A stretch of 64,000 bases of DNA from Eledone cirrhosa (Eukaryota): positions 86,304,001 to 86,368,000 of the forward strand of contig OZ024740.1 in assembly GCA_964016885.1 (NCBI GenBank), in the 5' to 3' direction. Position numbers and translations under genes: made by a program. Position 1 is the first letter of the stretch. Every line of letters begins with the position of its first letter. Shown here piece after piece: positions 51,766-64,000 of this stretch. Below the pieces are notes generated by a model. It was not told where the DNA came from, ran no database searches, and was given only the letters and a program-made list of their open reading frames with translations.

Positions 51766-53632
51766 TATAAAATGACAGGAGGCTGAACTTGTGTAAATCC
51801 TTGAAAGGTTTATTGTACTATGATCATTTCAATGACCGGTTTCCGTATGAATCCAGTGATATCATCAGGTATTGGAAATACAATAAATGAATGTAATAGG
51901 TAAAATCCATGGGGCTGAAAGTCAAAGACAGGAGGACGACCGACCATCTAGCATCTTCCACTGTAGCCGGTCGCCCTCAAGTGTCGACTATTCGGTCTAC
52001 TTGAGGCCATCTGGTGAGGGGGGGGGGGGGTAAAGCTTTTTGTGTGCTAACATGGCTGACATATGATTTGGGTGGGCTGGCGGGGATATACAGTCGCCAC
52101 ATGCTGTCAGACTGCTAAACATGGACATATCCTTTACTCTAAATCCCACTAGGATAACTTATAGAGAATCTCTATAATACAATTAAAGTTTCTTCATAAT
52201 AGACTCTCTCTTTAACTAAAAAGACACTCTCTTTAACTATCTCTCGCAACCCAAAACCATAAAAAAGTTTTAAACTGTTTAATTTTCAATTTTTTAACTG
52301 TTTAATTCTCAATTCTCTAACTCTTTAATTTTATGATGTTAATCTTTAATTTTTTAACTTCATCCTATAAATCTAAACAATAATTTAACGTTCCAATTTT
52401 CTGTCGAACTGGTGGGTTAGGTTTTCCTGGCTGCGGGACCGGCCTCCTGGCGCATAGGCCTACCTTGAGTGCTTGGAAAAGTAAATTTCCCCTTCTTTCG
52501 GTAAATGAAACTACTCGGAGCGGATTGATTCGCCCCAGGGGCCCGGCGCGCAGCCGGCTTTTTGACCGCCATATAGTACCTTTAAATTGGAGACCTAATC
52601 ATAACTATTAGATGTATCACGCCTCCCTCTACTTAAACAAATCCCCCTCCTGAGTAGATTAATAGTACTGGTTTGGTACAAGGATAGCCTAACGATGAGG
52701 GCTGACTTCCCACTGGCGCACCTGAAGCCTGTTATACATTCCTAGAGTGCTTGGAAAAATTGATTTCCGTATCTTTCGCTAGGCGATATCACGCGGAAGA
52801 GATGACACGCGGTAAGGTTGGGCCGACGGAGCCTGCAGTCGCCGCATGCTGTTTGACTGCTAAACAAAGACATAATCTTTACTCATTAATACAATTTAAG
52901 TTTCTTCATAAAAGACTCTTTCTTTACTTAAACCTCGCAACCAAAACCTTAAAAATTTTAAACTGTTTAATTTTCAATTTTCTAATTTCTTAAATTTTAT
53001 AATGTTAATATTAAATATTAAATGTTATTAACTGCATCCTATAGATCTAAACAAAAATTAATGTGCAATCTTTTGCCCACACATTATAACATGCAGACCC
53101 CCACTATATTTATCTCTGTTATAATATATACCTCTGTTAAGATACTGGTCCTTTAGAATAACATTTTTTCGCGCCACTCCTGGCCCGACTAGCTTGACAT
53201 TAGTACGGACTTCTCTTCCTCTTTCTTTCTGTCTTTCTTCTTGTAGCTCGACATTAATGCTGACTTTTCTTCCCCCTCCTTTCTGTCCTTATTCGTGTAA
53301 CATGATATTAACGCTGACCTATCTTCCTTTCCCTTTCTATTTGACCGGGAGAGTAGTAGCATACTAAAAGCTTTACCCCCCTCACCAGATGGCCTCAAGT
53401 AGACCGAATAGCCAACACTTGAGGGCGACCGGCTAAAGTGCAAGATCCTAGATGGTCGGTCGTCCTCCTGTCTTTGATTTTCAGCCCCATGGATTTTACC
53501 TATTACATTCATTTATTGTATTTCCAATACCTGATGATATCACCGGATTCATACGGAACCCGGTCATTGAAATGATCATAGTATAATAAACCTTTCAAGG
53601 ATTTACACAAGTCCGGCCTCCTGTCATTTTAT
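51766..53632. mobile_element. Composite element with about 270-bp inverted arms (51766-52040 / 53366-53632) and an internal direct repeat
   Basis: The arms are reverse complements and contain HHR-like caat ac-CTGATGA...GAAA-ccgg-TC-attg. About 52095-52390 is repeated in diverged form at about 52837-53060. Confidence 0.8.
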
Positions 53633-53659
53633 TATATATATATATATATAAAAAAGGAA

Positions 53660-53870
53660 CGATCGACTTTCGTCAAATCGGACCGAGGGAACAATGTTTC
53701 CGTTGGTCTTTCCAATTGCTAATACTATCTATCGGTCGCAACTCCAGGTAGAAGGAGCAACGTGAAATAAAGTGTCTTGCTCAAGGACATAACGCATCGC
53801 CTGGTCCAGGAATCGAACTCACAACCTTACGATTGCGAATCCAATTCTCTAACCACTCAGCCACACGCCT
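53660..53870 (-). mobile_element. tRNA-derived SINE (second family); another copy at 61325-61525 on minus
   Basis: Minus strand has A-box TGGCTGAGTGG, B-box GTTCGATTCC and core GTCCTTGAGCAAGACACTTTATTTCACGTTGCTCC. Confidence 0.85.
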
Positions 53871-53893
53871 TCACACATATATATATATCACAC

Positions 53894-53952
<59 letters not shown>

Positions 53953-54859
53953 CAGCAGTTGCATCATTATCATTTTACGGCTGTTTCTGAGACAAGACGG
54001 ACTTGAGAGTCACGCCTTCTTCATGCTTTCCAGTTTTGGCTTGGTTTCTACAGATTGTGACCCTTCAAAACGCCAACTACTATACCGAGTGTACTAGGTA
54101 CATTTTATTGTGGCAACAGTACTACTTCATTATAGAGTGAACTAGAAAATGTTATCGTGACACAAGCACTACTATTTCGGAGAATATTGTGTGTATTTTA
54201 TAGAGTCACCAGCATTAGCACTTTTGATAATGTTGAAGGTGTGTTTTAACGAGTTTGTTTGTTAGATAGAAAGTAGTAAGCAGAAGGAGAACGTAGCAGA
54301 TGGAAATGAAAAGTGGTCTTGGGGAAAATTTCATCGAATATGTAGTTTAAAGAACACAGAGGGAAGATCATGTCGGAAGAATATGATGAGATGTCATACA
54401 ATACTTTACTTTAAATATGGGAAGTAGATCAGTTATTCTGGACGTGAGCAGCAGTGAAGGAAATGGGGACGCTTTCAGACCATAGGCAGTATATGCGCGA
54501 ACATGAGCTAGAAAACCTGGTTTCTTTAGGCGTTTAGAGAATTTCATGGGAATATCTCGCTCATTAGAATTAATGAGTGAGTTTTGGATGCACGCAGGAA
54601 TTATGTTGGAGTAGCCGACACGACAGATAGGTGCAAAAGCCTTACAAACCTGCTCCAGACACTTCCAACTAACTGTGTTTTTCGAATGCGCCAATGTGGA
54701 CTTGGACTAATCTTAACTGGTCATTGAGGTCATAATTAAATTGAGTTTTCTTCAGAGTAGTAGATAAAATCAGACTGAGTTGTTCACAATTTCAGATAAG
54801 GGGATAAACATACCAAATACTCTTGACCAGTACAGACAATTCAGAACAGACTAATAGAC

Positions 54860-56200
54860 AGGGTCCAGGTTACTGTTGAATGAATTCAGGGACCAGTTTA
54901 GTGAACTAATAAAACGGGAACTGGCGAGGGATGTTAGAATCCTTTCATATCGAACGCTACGGATGTCCCCTATCCTTCCTAATCTATGTGCTGGTATTGA
55001 AATCTCTGCTGCGAAGAATGGAAAACGTGAGGGGAATTCCGCTTGAACCTGGTCATAGGAGAGCCGTGTCTATAGATGACGTCAGTGTAATAGTGTTGGA
55101 TATTTCAGATATAGAAACAGTCGGGACAATACGTTAATAATACTAGCAGGTTACTAGAGCTTGCATTAACCGGGATAAATCATTGGGTTTGAAACTCAGT
55201 ACGTGGAGGGGCAAGCCCACGCCAGTTAGTGGAAGTTCCGCTAACGACGACGTGATTAAAATACTTGGAGTGATGTTTAGATCTGACCAGCAAGTAGACA
55301 AGAATTTGGAGGAAGTCATGCTCGAGGTAGCCAATCTTACTAAAAATGGGCAGACAGAAAGCTGTCTCTCAAGCGTCTGGCGGATGTGGCAAGATCCTAC
55401 ATTGCTTCAGTGTTACACTACCACTTGACCATCGTACCATGTTCCCAAAATACATAACCAAACTGGAATGTATGTTCAGCCACGTTTGCGGAGAGGACAA
55501 TTCCCACGGGTCATAAAATCCTTTTGATACCAACATGCACTCCATTGTGGTCACGATATGCCATCCCTAATGAACGCGCGCTACGGCTAACTCACCTGCG
55601 GATTTACTTCAAGTTTCGCAATGAAGACAACGAAAGCGAAGCCTAACCAATGTGGGCACGTTTTCTACGAAATGCCTTTCCGCAGCTCGTCTCTAAGACC
55701 TAACCACACTCTTTCACAGACCAAGTTTGGTCTGTTCCAGAACAGTGTGAACAGGCTCTTCTGGAAGATTATGGACAATTTCCAAACATCCAGGGCATAA
55801 CAGTGTTACATAAGGGCACTATCAGTTTGGCAAGTGCAATCAGCCGGACCTACCACAGAATTGCAGATTTGGGGACTTGTATAGAACAACTTCTGTCGAG
55901 GGTCGGACAGACCCACCTGTCGGCAATGTCTGTAGTGAAGATTGAAGCACAGTTTTTAGACAGGAAGCATGGTGTGTGGTGGGCTGGTCTAAAATAATTG
56001 TGGTCAAGAATCAACCTCCCATCAATTTAATCAAGTATCACAAGGAAAGATAGGTGGACATAGAGAAGAAGGCGCTGCTTTCTAGTGTGATGAAAGATGG
56101 GTGAGTGTGGCAAGGTTGATGAAGCTGAATGCGCCCACTAAAATTAGGCTTTTCTAAGAAGATGGAAATAAATGGGTAGTGGTCACTTTTAATGCCACTG
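54860..56200 (+). mobile_element. Decayed L1/Tx1-like LINE, RT and 3' part
   Basis: GCPLSFLIYVLVLKSLLRR...SIDDVSVIV...IKILGVMF, with many stops. Homologous to 56300-57830. Confidence 0.7.
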
Positions 56201-56299
56201 TGGTGTCGTTGCAATCCGGGGAATTAACCTGAAGTGCAGTTCCCACCTATTCAGGAATTGTCCCTAGTCTAAATTCGTTACCGTGTTCTTTTTTTCTTC

Positions 56300-57830
56300 T
56301 TCCAGTAACTCATGAAGGAGTCATAGGGGCGCCATATTGACATACGACATTGTAAGGGATTTTTAAATCTCGTGGAGCTCATCTCCTCCCCAGGCCTGAG
56401 TACGGCAGATTTCTCCCATAGAAGGATAGAAAGTGAGAGAATGGAAGTGAGAAAGAAATATTGAGGGCGGATCGTTGAAATGTACAGTGACATCTACTCT
56501 GTGGTGTAAGTGAACGGTCAGCTTTCGGAACCTTTAAACATCATGTGCGTGGTTCAACAAAGTTGTCCCGTCGCGTCCCTGTTGTATGTATTGACTCTAC
56601 AGCCATTATTGCACAACCTGGAGATGTTGAGGGCATCTCAGCTTATGCCGACAACGTCACTGTAGTAGCGTGGACCGACTTTTCCTGGTTCAGTTTTGTT
56701 ACTGTCACCGCCTCGTATATTCTATCAGAGAAGTGTCGATCGCTTCGATACGAGGCAGTGACAGGAACAAAACTGAACCAGGAAAGGTCGGTCGGCATGC
56801 GGCTCGACACCTGGAGAGACAGTTTCATGCCCTCTAACAGCGTCGTCGGGCGCTAGACGGACGGACCGGTTAAATTGCTCGGGGTCTGATTTGGTCTGGA
56901 ACTCCAGGCGGACAAAAACTGGGACCAAGTGACGAGTAAGCTGGCCTCCCTCGCCCAGAAATGAGCCGAGAGGAAGCTATCACTGAAAGGTCTGACAGAT
57001 GTGGGCGAACGCGTATATCACGTCCGTAGTCTATTACTGTCTGATCATCGTGCGTTGTCAAAAGCCTCGTCTGACAGGACTGGAGCATTTTCTGTTACGG
57101 TCTTTGTGGAAGAGATGCATTCCGATAGTCAACATCTGCTGCGTGGATGATTGAGTATGCCGTGGTTGATGAGGCGTAGACAGCTTTTCTTGAATGGTTC
57201 ACGGGTGTGGTCGCCATTCGCTAGGCATCTTTTTCCCCAGCGCGTCTGAACAGCTGTTATCGCGTGTAGGAGGGACCCGGTTATCGCCCGAGTCCATGGT
57301 GAACATCACCCCGCCTCCTTCTTATGACCGAGAAGAGCACGCTGCTTTCCTCTGTCTGGTGGCTGTAGCGAAAGAGGTAGTTGAGTGAAACCCGCTGAGA
57401 GGACTGAAGACGTTCCTCTTCGGCCATGCCCTCATCAACTTTTCATGTTCAACTTGGAAAGGAAGGTAAGGGTGGAGAGGGGAGTGCTACCCCCTCCCCC
57501 AGTACATTGGTGAAACGGTGGGTGATTGTTGCAAGGATAACCCGTTTGAATGGGCCTGCTGTGGCCATGGGCCTGAAGGCTCGAAAGATTAAAGGAGCGA
57601 GGGGAATCTTCTTCGGGTGCTCTAGTAGATGAAAGCAGATTAGTATTTGTGAGGTTCCTAACGCCACCCTTGGGTGATATCCCCCTATTGGGGAATTCTG
57701 TTGTTTTTACTTTATTGTTAATTGTTTTTGTTGAATTGTTTTTACACAAATTTACGTAAACCCCCACTGTCCCCGTTGTTATGTATTGTCCCCTATATAT
57801 ATAGACCCTTGTGGCCAATAATAAAGGAAT
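56300..57830 (+). mobile_element. Decayed L1/Tx1-like LINE, RT to 3' end
   Basis: GISAYADNVTVV, YEAVTGTKLNQERSVGMRLDTWR, VKLLGV. T-rich 3' UTR ending CCAATAATAAAG at about 57820. Confidence 0.75.
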
Positions 57831-57879
57831 TGGTACTATCACTAGAACGTCAAGAATCATGCTTTGTGGTATAGAGTTA

Positions 57880-58040
57880 TGGCCCTTTACGTTCTGAGTT
57901 CAAATCCCGCCGAGGTTAACTTTGCCTTTCATCCTTACAGGTTCGATAAAATCAAGTACCAGTCACACTATGGGGGCAATTTAATCGACTTCCCCCAAAG
58001 AAAATAAAATTGATGGCCTTGTGCCTAAATCAGAAACCAT
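57880..58040 (+). mobile_element. SINE (Nin-domain-like) copy; further copies at about 60135-60240 and 63525-63660 (plus)
   Basis: GTTCTGAGTTCAAATCCCGCCGAGGTTAACTTTGCCTTTCATCCTTACAGGTTCGATAAAATCAAGTACCAG. Confidence 0.8.
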
Positions 58041-58319
58041 TCCTCACCATCACATTTTTTCTAACCTGCTTTTTTTATATTCTTCTTTACTATAACAGAA
58101 GTGAATGTTCGATTCACATGACATATAGCCGATCAAAATCAATCAGATGTCTCTAATTGCTGTTGCACTCATTTACGGTGTCAAATGTTTAAGCTCTAAG
58201 CGAGTGCACTGTGCAAAGACATAGTCAATATGATACAAACAAATTTCTAGATAATTGAATGAACGGCTCATTGTTATCATCATGATCATTATTAATATTA
58301 TTGTTGTTTCTTCGTTGCG

Positions 58320-60000
58320 CTTCTAATGTTGGAGATGTATTACAGTGTTAGCTGTTCACTACCAGTGAACTGAGATAACACCCCTTATTTTTTTACTACC
58401 ATCCGCAGCATTCGAGCTGTTCCAAACAATGCTGTTTTTTTTAAGTGTTCCATCCGTATTGCATCACTATTTGTTTGATATACTTCTCAAGATCTCTACT
58501 CACTGTTCCCAAGACTCCAACTATTATTGGCATTACCACCACTTTTTTCAGTGACCACAACTGCTTAATCTTCCAAGCTAACCTGTCATATCTATCAATG
58601 TTTTCCTTCTTTATCTCATACTTTGTTATCAGCCGGACAGACTATATATATTATCCAACACTGTTTTCTTTCTTTCTCAAATAATTCAATATCTGGTCTC
58701 CTATGTTCAACCTCATGGTTACACTGTATCATAAAGTACAACAGGATCTTTACATCATCATTTTCAATAACACCCCCAGAGTTATATTCGTACCACTTTT
58801 CTACTCTGTCAAGTGCATATTTGCCACAAAGTGCTCAATGGACACCCCATGCTATGTTGTTATGACGTCTCTTACATCCTTTCTGAGCTAGAGGTGTGCA
58901 TTGACTGGTAATATGCCATACAGTTTCTCAATTCATGCCTCAAATTCTACACATCACTTTTTGCTGTGGTCCTACTCTAAGCTTGATGTAGTTAGTTCTT
59001 AGTACGTGTTCTTGAGCAGCACAGATTAAGGCTTCTGTTGCCAGTTTTACATCACTTTTAGCCACCTATAAGCACCTTTTTTTCTATGTCTGTTCTTTTT
59101 TCAACGTCTCTATGGAATTATTCATAGATTTTTTCTGTCCATCTACTTTCAGTTTCATCCATCTCCAAATGCTTGTACTGTGTTTTTTCTTTGCAATCCT
59201 CTATTTTGCACAGCCCTGACCTTCTTACTTCTAACAACAGCGGTTCTGTGGAATTTTTCATGTACCACGCCATGTTATTTTCTACTGATCTAATGCTGTC
59301 TTCACCCCTTATCAGTCCTCTTTCTCCTCTTTTTCTTGGTACATATAATCTGTCTGTGTCGCTCTCTGAGTGAAATACTCCACATCTAGCCAATATCTTT
59401 CTTGTCTTTCAGTCTAAAACGTTTAGCTCTTCCACTGTCCATGTGATCACCCCCTCTCCATATCAGGAGTGATATCACCTATATATTGATAACTTATTCC
59501 GTCCATTAAGTTTCGACTTGGAATAAGTCTCAGTCTGCGCATGTATTCCACCCTAAATTTTTCTTTAATTTCCTCCTGCATTAACTTATCAACTTCCAAT
59601 ATCCCTAATTACTTATAACTTTCCCCTTCTATTTGCTTCATAACTTTTCCAGGTTGCAGCACTAATCACTCAATGCTTTTAGTTTTGCCTCTGAACTCCA
59701 TTCTGGTGTCAGTACTAAATGTATACACAGTATCAACCAAGCTGGGATTCATTCTTACCATGAAGCTTAAGATCACCCATGAATAATAAGTAGTTGACCT
59801 TTTGCTTTACTCAAAACCATTGGCAGTGTTATCATGCACAGTACAAACATCAGTGGCGACAGGCAGTCCCCTTGGAATATACTTCTCTTGATTTATATTG
59901 TTTCTAAATTTCTTCCGTATGCTGACACTTTCAATCTTTCATTAAGAATCACTCAATATTTGATGCGATACCAATTAAGTTAACGCATTCCATAATTAAT
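58320..60000 (-). mobile_element. Decayed R4/Dong-like (restriction-like endonuclease) non-LTR element, 5'-truncated
   Basis: HSESDTDRLYVPRKRGERGL, then TEALICAAQE, a CCHC-knuckle remnant (ETVWHITSQC), RRHNNIA..VHWALC and an RRPD-type RLE motif across broken frames. Confidence 0.8.
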
Positions 60001-62299
60001 CCAAGAGTGCGGAATCATGTCGTAGCCTTTGCAGTAATCGAGCCACGCCATGGTCCAGTTGGTTTTCCTCCTCTTGCTATCCTTAAGTATTGTTTTATCT
60101 ATTATTATTACTATTGTTACACCCTTTATGATCTGATTTCAAATCCCGCCGAGGTTAACTTTGCCTTTCATCCATACGAGGTCGATAAAATAAAGTACCA
60201 GTAATGTACTGGGTATTTGCCAAAAGTAGAAACAATTATTACTATTGTTACAAGGGATCACATCACGCTGTTTTTGGAAGTATGTTCTATTTTGCGGAAA
60301 ATTGTTACAAAACTTTGACACAATCAATTATATAAGGCTGTTTTTTATACGCCGGGAATATCTTTCTAATTATCACCGTGAAACGAGCTAAACGCCCGTT
60401 ACAAAGTGGGATTTTGTTACCCCCTCGCAAAAAAAAATTCACAAATGGCCGCTTCTTTCATTGGCAAAAATGATGAGTCATTATTTTTAGAAGCTGCTGT
60501 AACGAGTAGGGAGAAGGGTACAGCAGGTTTAGTAGCAGAAAACTAAGCTAGCAATAGTTGCACCACCACCACCAACAACAACAACAACAACACCACCACC
60601 ACCACCACCACCACCACCACCAACAACAACACCACCACCACTGGAAACAATACCAAATAAATAAATAAATATAGCGTCGCAGCAAATACAGTCATAAACA
60701 ACAAGGTGGATTTAGCCACCATCAGAAAAGCGAATCTTTTTATACAGAGAGACGGCAGAAAAGTCCAAATAGCAGTGCCGGAAGAAGATGTAATTGCAAA
60801 TGTATAGAAATGTACAATCATTCGTAAATGTGTAAATCTCCGCAGTAAACGGCGGGAGCCAGCCTCTATTCAGGAAGCTCAACATGTCGTAGAGGAGATA
60901 TGTACAAAAAAACACCTTTGTCTCGAGAGGAAGAGAGTACGGGGTGATAGAAGTGAAGGCTCCTTCTACAAACACCTTAAAGAGCAAGAGTTTCTTGCTA
61001 ATCCCAACTTGCATGGGGAAATATGTAACAGAGGTTACAGAAAAAACATGTACTGCCCGAGATAAAAATCCCCTGGCTAGTAGCAGCTATGCAGGGGGAT
61101 GAAGAGGATAATGAGAACGTCCTCCAAATTCAAAGTTCATGCCTGTCAGGAGAGATGTAGCTTTTGCTTTAAATAAATCAAGAAAAGCTACGTAAGATTC
61201 CTGATATCATCGAACTGCCAAATTGCACACAACTGTTTGTAGCTGAGGAAGAGAGGCGGTTTTGATGTTATATCTGTGGTGCAAATACCCATCTAAGGGT
61301 TTTCTGCCCTCAACATTCGATCTACTTTTCGTCAAATCGGACCGAGGAAACAATGTTTCCATTGGTCTTTCCAATTGCTAATACTATCTATCGGTCGCAG
61401 CTGAAAGTAGAAAGAGCAACGTGAAATAAAGTGTCTTTCCCAAGGGCATGATGCATCACCAGGTCCGGTATTTGAACTCACAACATCATGATTGCGAATC
61501 GAATTCGCTAACCACTCAGCCACGCGGAATAAAAGAACGTAAATCCGCACTGTTACCAACACACAAACCGCAGCAGCGACGACACCAACAACAGTAAAAG
61601 CATCTACAGCGACACCAAGAAAAAAGAGGTAGGAACAACAGCAGCAGCAACAAACTCGATTGAAGTTGCATTCCACCACCAACATTAACATCCATGTGCG
61701 TGAAAAAATATGCCGCTACCCGACGTCACACAATTAGATATAAATTGAGACGAAGGAGAGGAGTGGAAAACATATCTTTCACAATAACTGAGAAAAAAGT
61801 AGGAAAAAAGGTAAAGCTTTGGGGTAACCATTACCAACAACTACACCAACGTCACGGGCATCGCCATCACCATTTCGACCACCACCACCATCAACAAGCC
61901 CGCAACCACCACCATTAACACCACAACAGACACTGCAGACACCAACAACATCCCAAACACAACCAAATCCACATTCACAACAACAAAAGCAAACCAACAG
62001 AAAGATACAACCTGCACTCACTATACAGCAATAAATATATACAACCAAAACCTAATCGACTACATACAACATAACACACGCATTTCAGAAATACATCACA
62101 TAACACCCCAAAAATTCGCATCACCCACACTCATAAAAAATATAAACATAGATAAAAAAACGTACACAAATTTAAAAACAAAATTCCCCAAGGCAATTGG
62201 TGAATACCGAAAGGCACTCTCCAGAAGGATACACATAGACGTATATGGAAATGAAACCACATGTGACTCAAAAGACTAAGGCAGTTGGCCTTTCCCACT

Positions 62300-62650
62300 T
62301 TCCTGCTCTTCATCGAACATAGCTTAATTTAGGATAGGCAGTGTAAATACATGTGGCCTGATATCGTCATGGAAACAGGACGCGGAGTTGATGTGCTATT
62401 TCGGAAAGGCCTGGATCTTGCGATACAGACCATCATACTGGATCCAGAAGGTAAGTTGGTGGTGCCGGACGTGACCAGCAGCAACGGCTATTCTTTTAGG
62501 CGAGTGGCTGCCAATGCCCCGACAGGGCAGGGCGGCCTCATTTCTTCAGACGCGTTAAAATCTATCTAGGAACGTCCCGCTCTTTAATGTTAATGAGAAA
62601 CTGGAACGGTATCTTGGAGGAACGCTGGGACTTTGTGGAACTAGCGGGTC
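62300..62650 (+). mobile_element. L1/Tx1-like AP-endonuclease fragment
   Basis: GRGVDVLFRKGLDLAIQTIILDPEGKLVV...FRRVAANAPTG resembles the GVAIL...D.EGR...YAP segment of APE domains. Confidence 0.6.
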
Positions 62651-62845
62651 TGTCATGAAAGCTCTCCCACCCCTTCTACCTCTCTATTCCCACCCTCTTT
62701 AAACACACACACACACACTCACATACACACACAAATATATATATGAAACAGTTCTAGTCCTGTAGAACCATTTCTATATTAAATATTATATACTCTACTA
62801 TGTATTGAGTCCCTTCCTTACTCTGGTTACCCTAGATTGAACCCT

Positions 62846-62981
<136 letters not shown>

Positions 62982-63099
62982 AAAAGAAATTGAAAATGCT
63001 GTGTGGGACTTCTTATGTGTGTATATATATATATATATATACCTTCAGATTTTTATTGTAACTTTAAAAAAATTAAATTTGAAATTACATATCTCAGTT

Positions 63100-63510
63100 C
63101 AGAATAAATATTATTGATCGAAATAACAACCATTAAAACATTTTTGCAAATGATGCAAGTTTATTTATTCCAGCAACTTCCAGCATTCTCAAGTTCTGGA
63201 GGCAATGAATTCTTCGAAGGCATATTTTACGGCTGTTTGATTATTGAAGGCGTTTCCTTGCAAGAATTTATCCAAAACGGTTAAAAATGTGGTATTCGAT
63301 TGGCAAAAGTTTCGGTGAAAAGGCTGATTGAGGCAGAGTTTGAAGCCCGATTGGTTGCACGTGGTGTTGTCGAGCATTGTCGTGCAAGAGAATTGAGCCT
63401 TTTTATTGAGCAATTCTAGGCTAATAAGCCGCAATTTCTTTTATTCATTTCATCGATTTCCTGACAGAACTACTCTGTTGTGATCATTTTGCTAGATTTC
63501 AGAAAGTTCT
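63100..63510 (-). pseudogene. Mariner transposase C-terminal relic
   Basis: LDKFLQGNAFNNQTAVKYAFEEFIASRT matches the mariner post-YSPDL segment. Frameshifted. Confidence 0.75.
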
Positions 63511-64000
63511 TTTCTTCCTGAATTAAAATCTCGCCGAGTTCAATTTTGCCTTTCATCCTTCCGGGGTCGATAAAATAAAGTACCAGTAATGAACTGGAAT
63601 CAAGATTATCGACTTATAGCTCCTTCCAAGCTGGTCTTGTGTCTAAATTAGAAACATGTTTTTCACATGCAGCTTCTTCTGTGACACATCCCTGCAGATG
63701 AGTTTGAATCACAAATATATAGTTCCCTCTGACAATGGTTTTAATACCAGTGGTGATAATACCTCATGTTCTTTTGGCTCAAGGTGTAGCTAGTGATATT
63801 TTATGTCGACTATACAGTTGTAACCAGTTCCAGCATGCACCAAATAATTTTGGTGAATATTTACCCTTTGCACTCAGCTTTCGTTCTTCTTTGATGAAAC
63901 ATTTTCTGATTCCCTATCCACTTCATCAATTGGTGTTCTACTATCGTTCATAAGGCTAACATACATAAATACATACATATATACGTTCATATATACATGG

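Noticed and set aside
53780-53870. tRNA-like sequence with A and B boxes (also at about 61440-61525)
   Set aside because: It continues into a SINE core and is dispersed and diverged, so it is a SINE head rather than a tRNA gene.
60540-61320. Possible LINE ORF1 relic after a (CAC/CAA)n tract (similar impression at 1-620)
   Set aside because: Multiple stops and no diagnostic motif that I can identify with confidence.

Overview
This is AT-rich, microsatellite-saturated animal DNA. The SINE and LINE repertoire suggests a cephalopod, probably Octopus (an inference). No host protein-coding gene can be supported, and most listed ORFs are (TA)n/(CA)n/(GA)n artefacts. Real content: (1) a full-length, intact RTE-clade LINE (13992-18897, minus) with a 1181-aa APE-RT ORF, three C-terminal C2H2 fingers and a perfect 66-bp target-site duplication; (2) a near-complete but decayed Penelope-like element (PLE; RT + GIY-YIG, 24291-29738, minus) with direct and inverted pseudo-LTRs and a candidate gag-pol-style -1 frameshift site; (3) an internally deleted Helitron; (4) relics of Tx1/L1, R4/Dong, CR1-like, mariner and SINE elements. 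The main hidden signal is about 20 minimal type I hammerhead ribozyme (HHR) motifs from at least 8 sequence families. They sit in short non-coding elements inserted in (TA)n tracts as tandem 410-550 bp monomers and fold-back palindromes, resembling a community of non-autonomous PLE-dependent retrozyme-like elements. All structures were read by eye, and element boundaries are approximate unless stated as exact.
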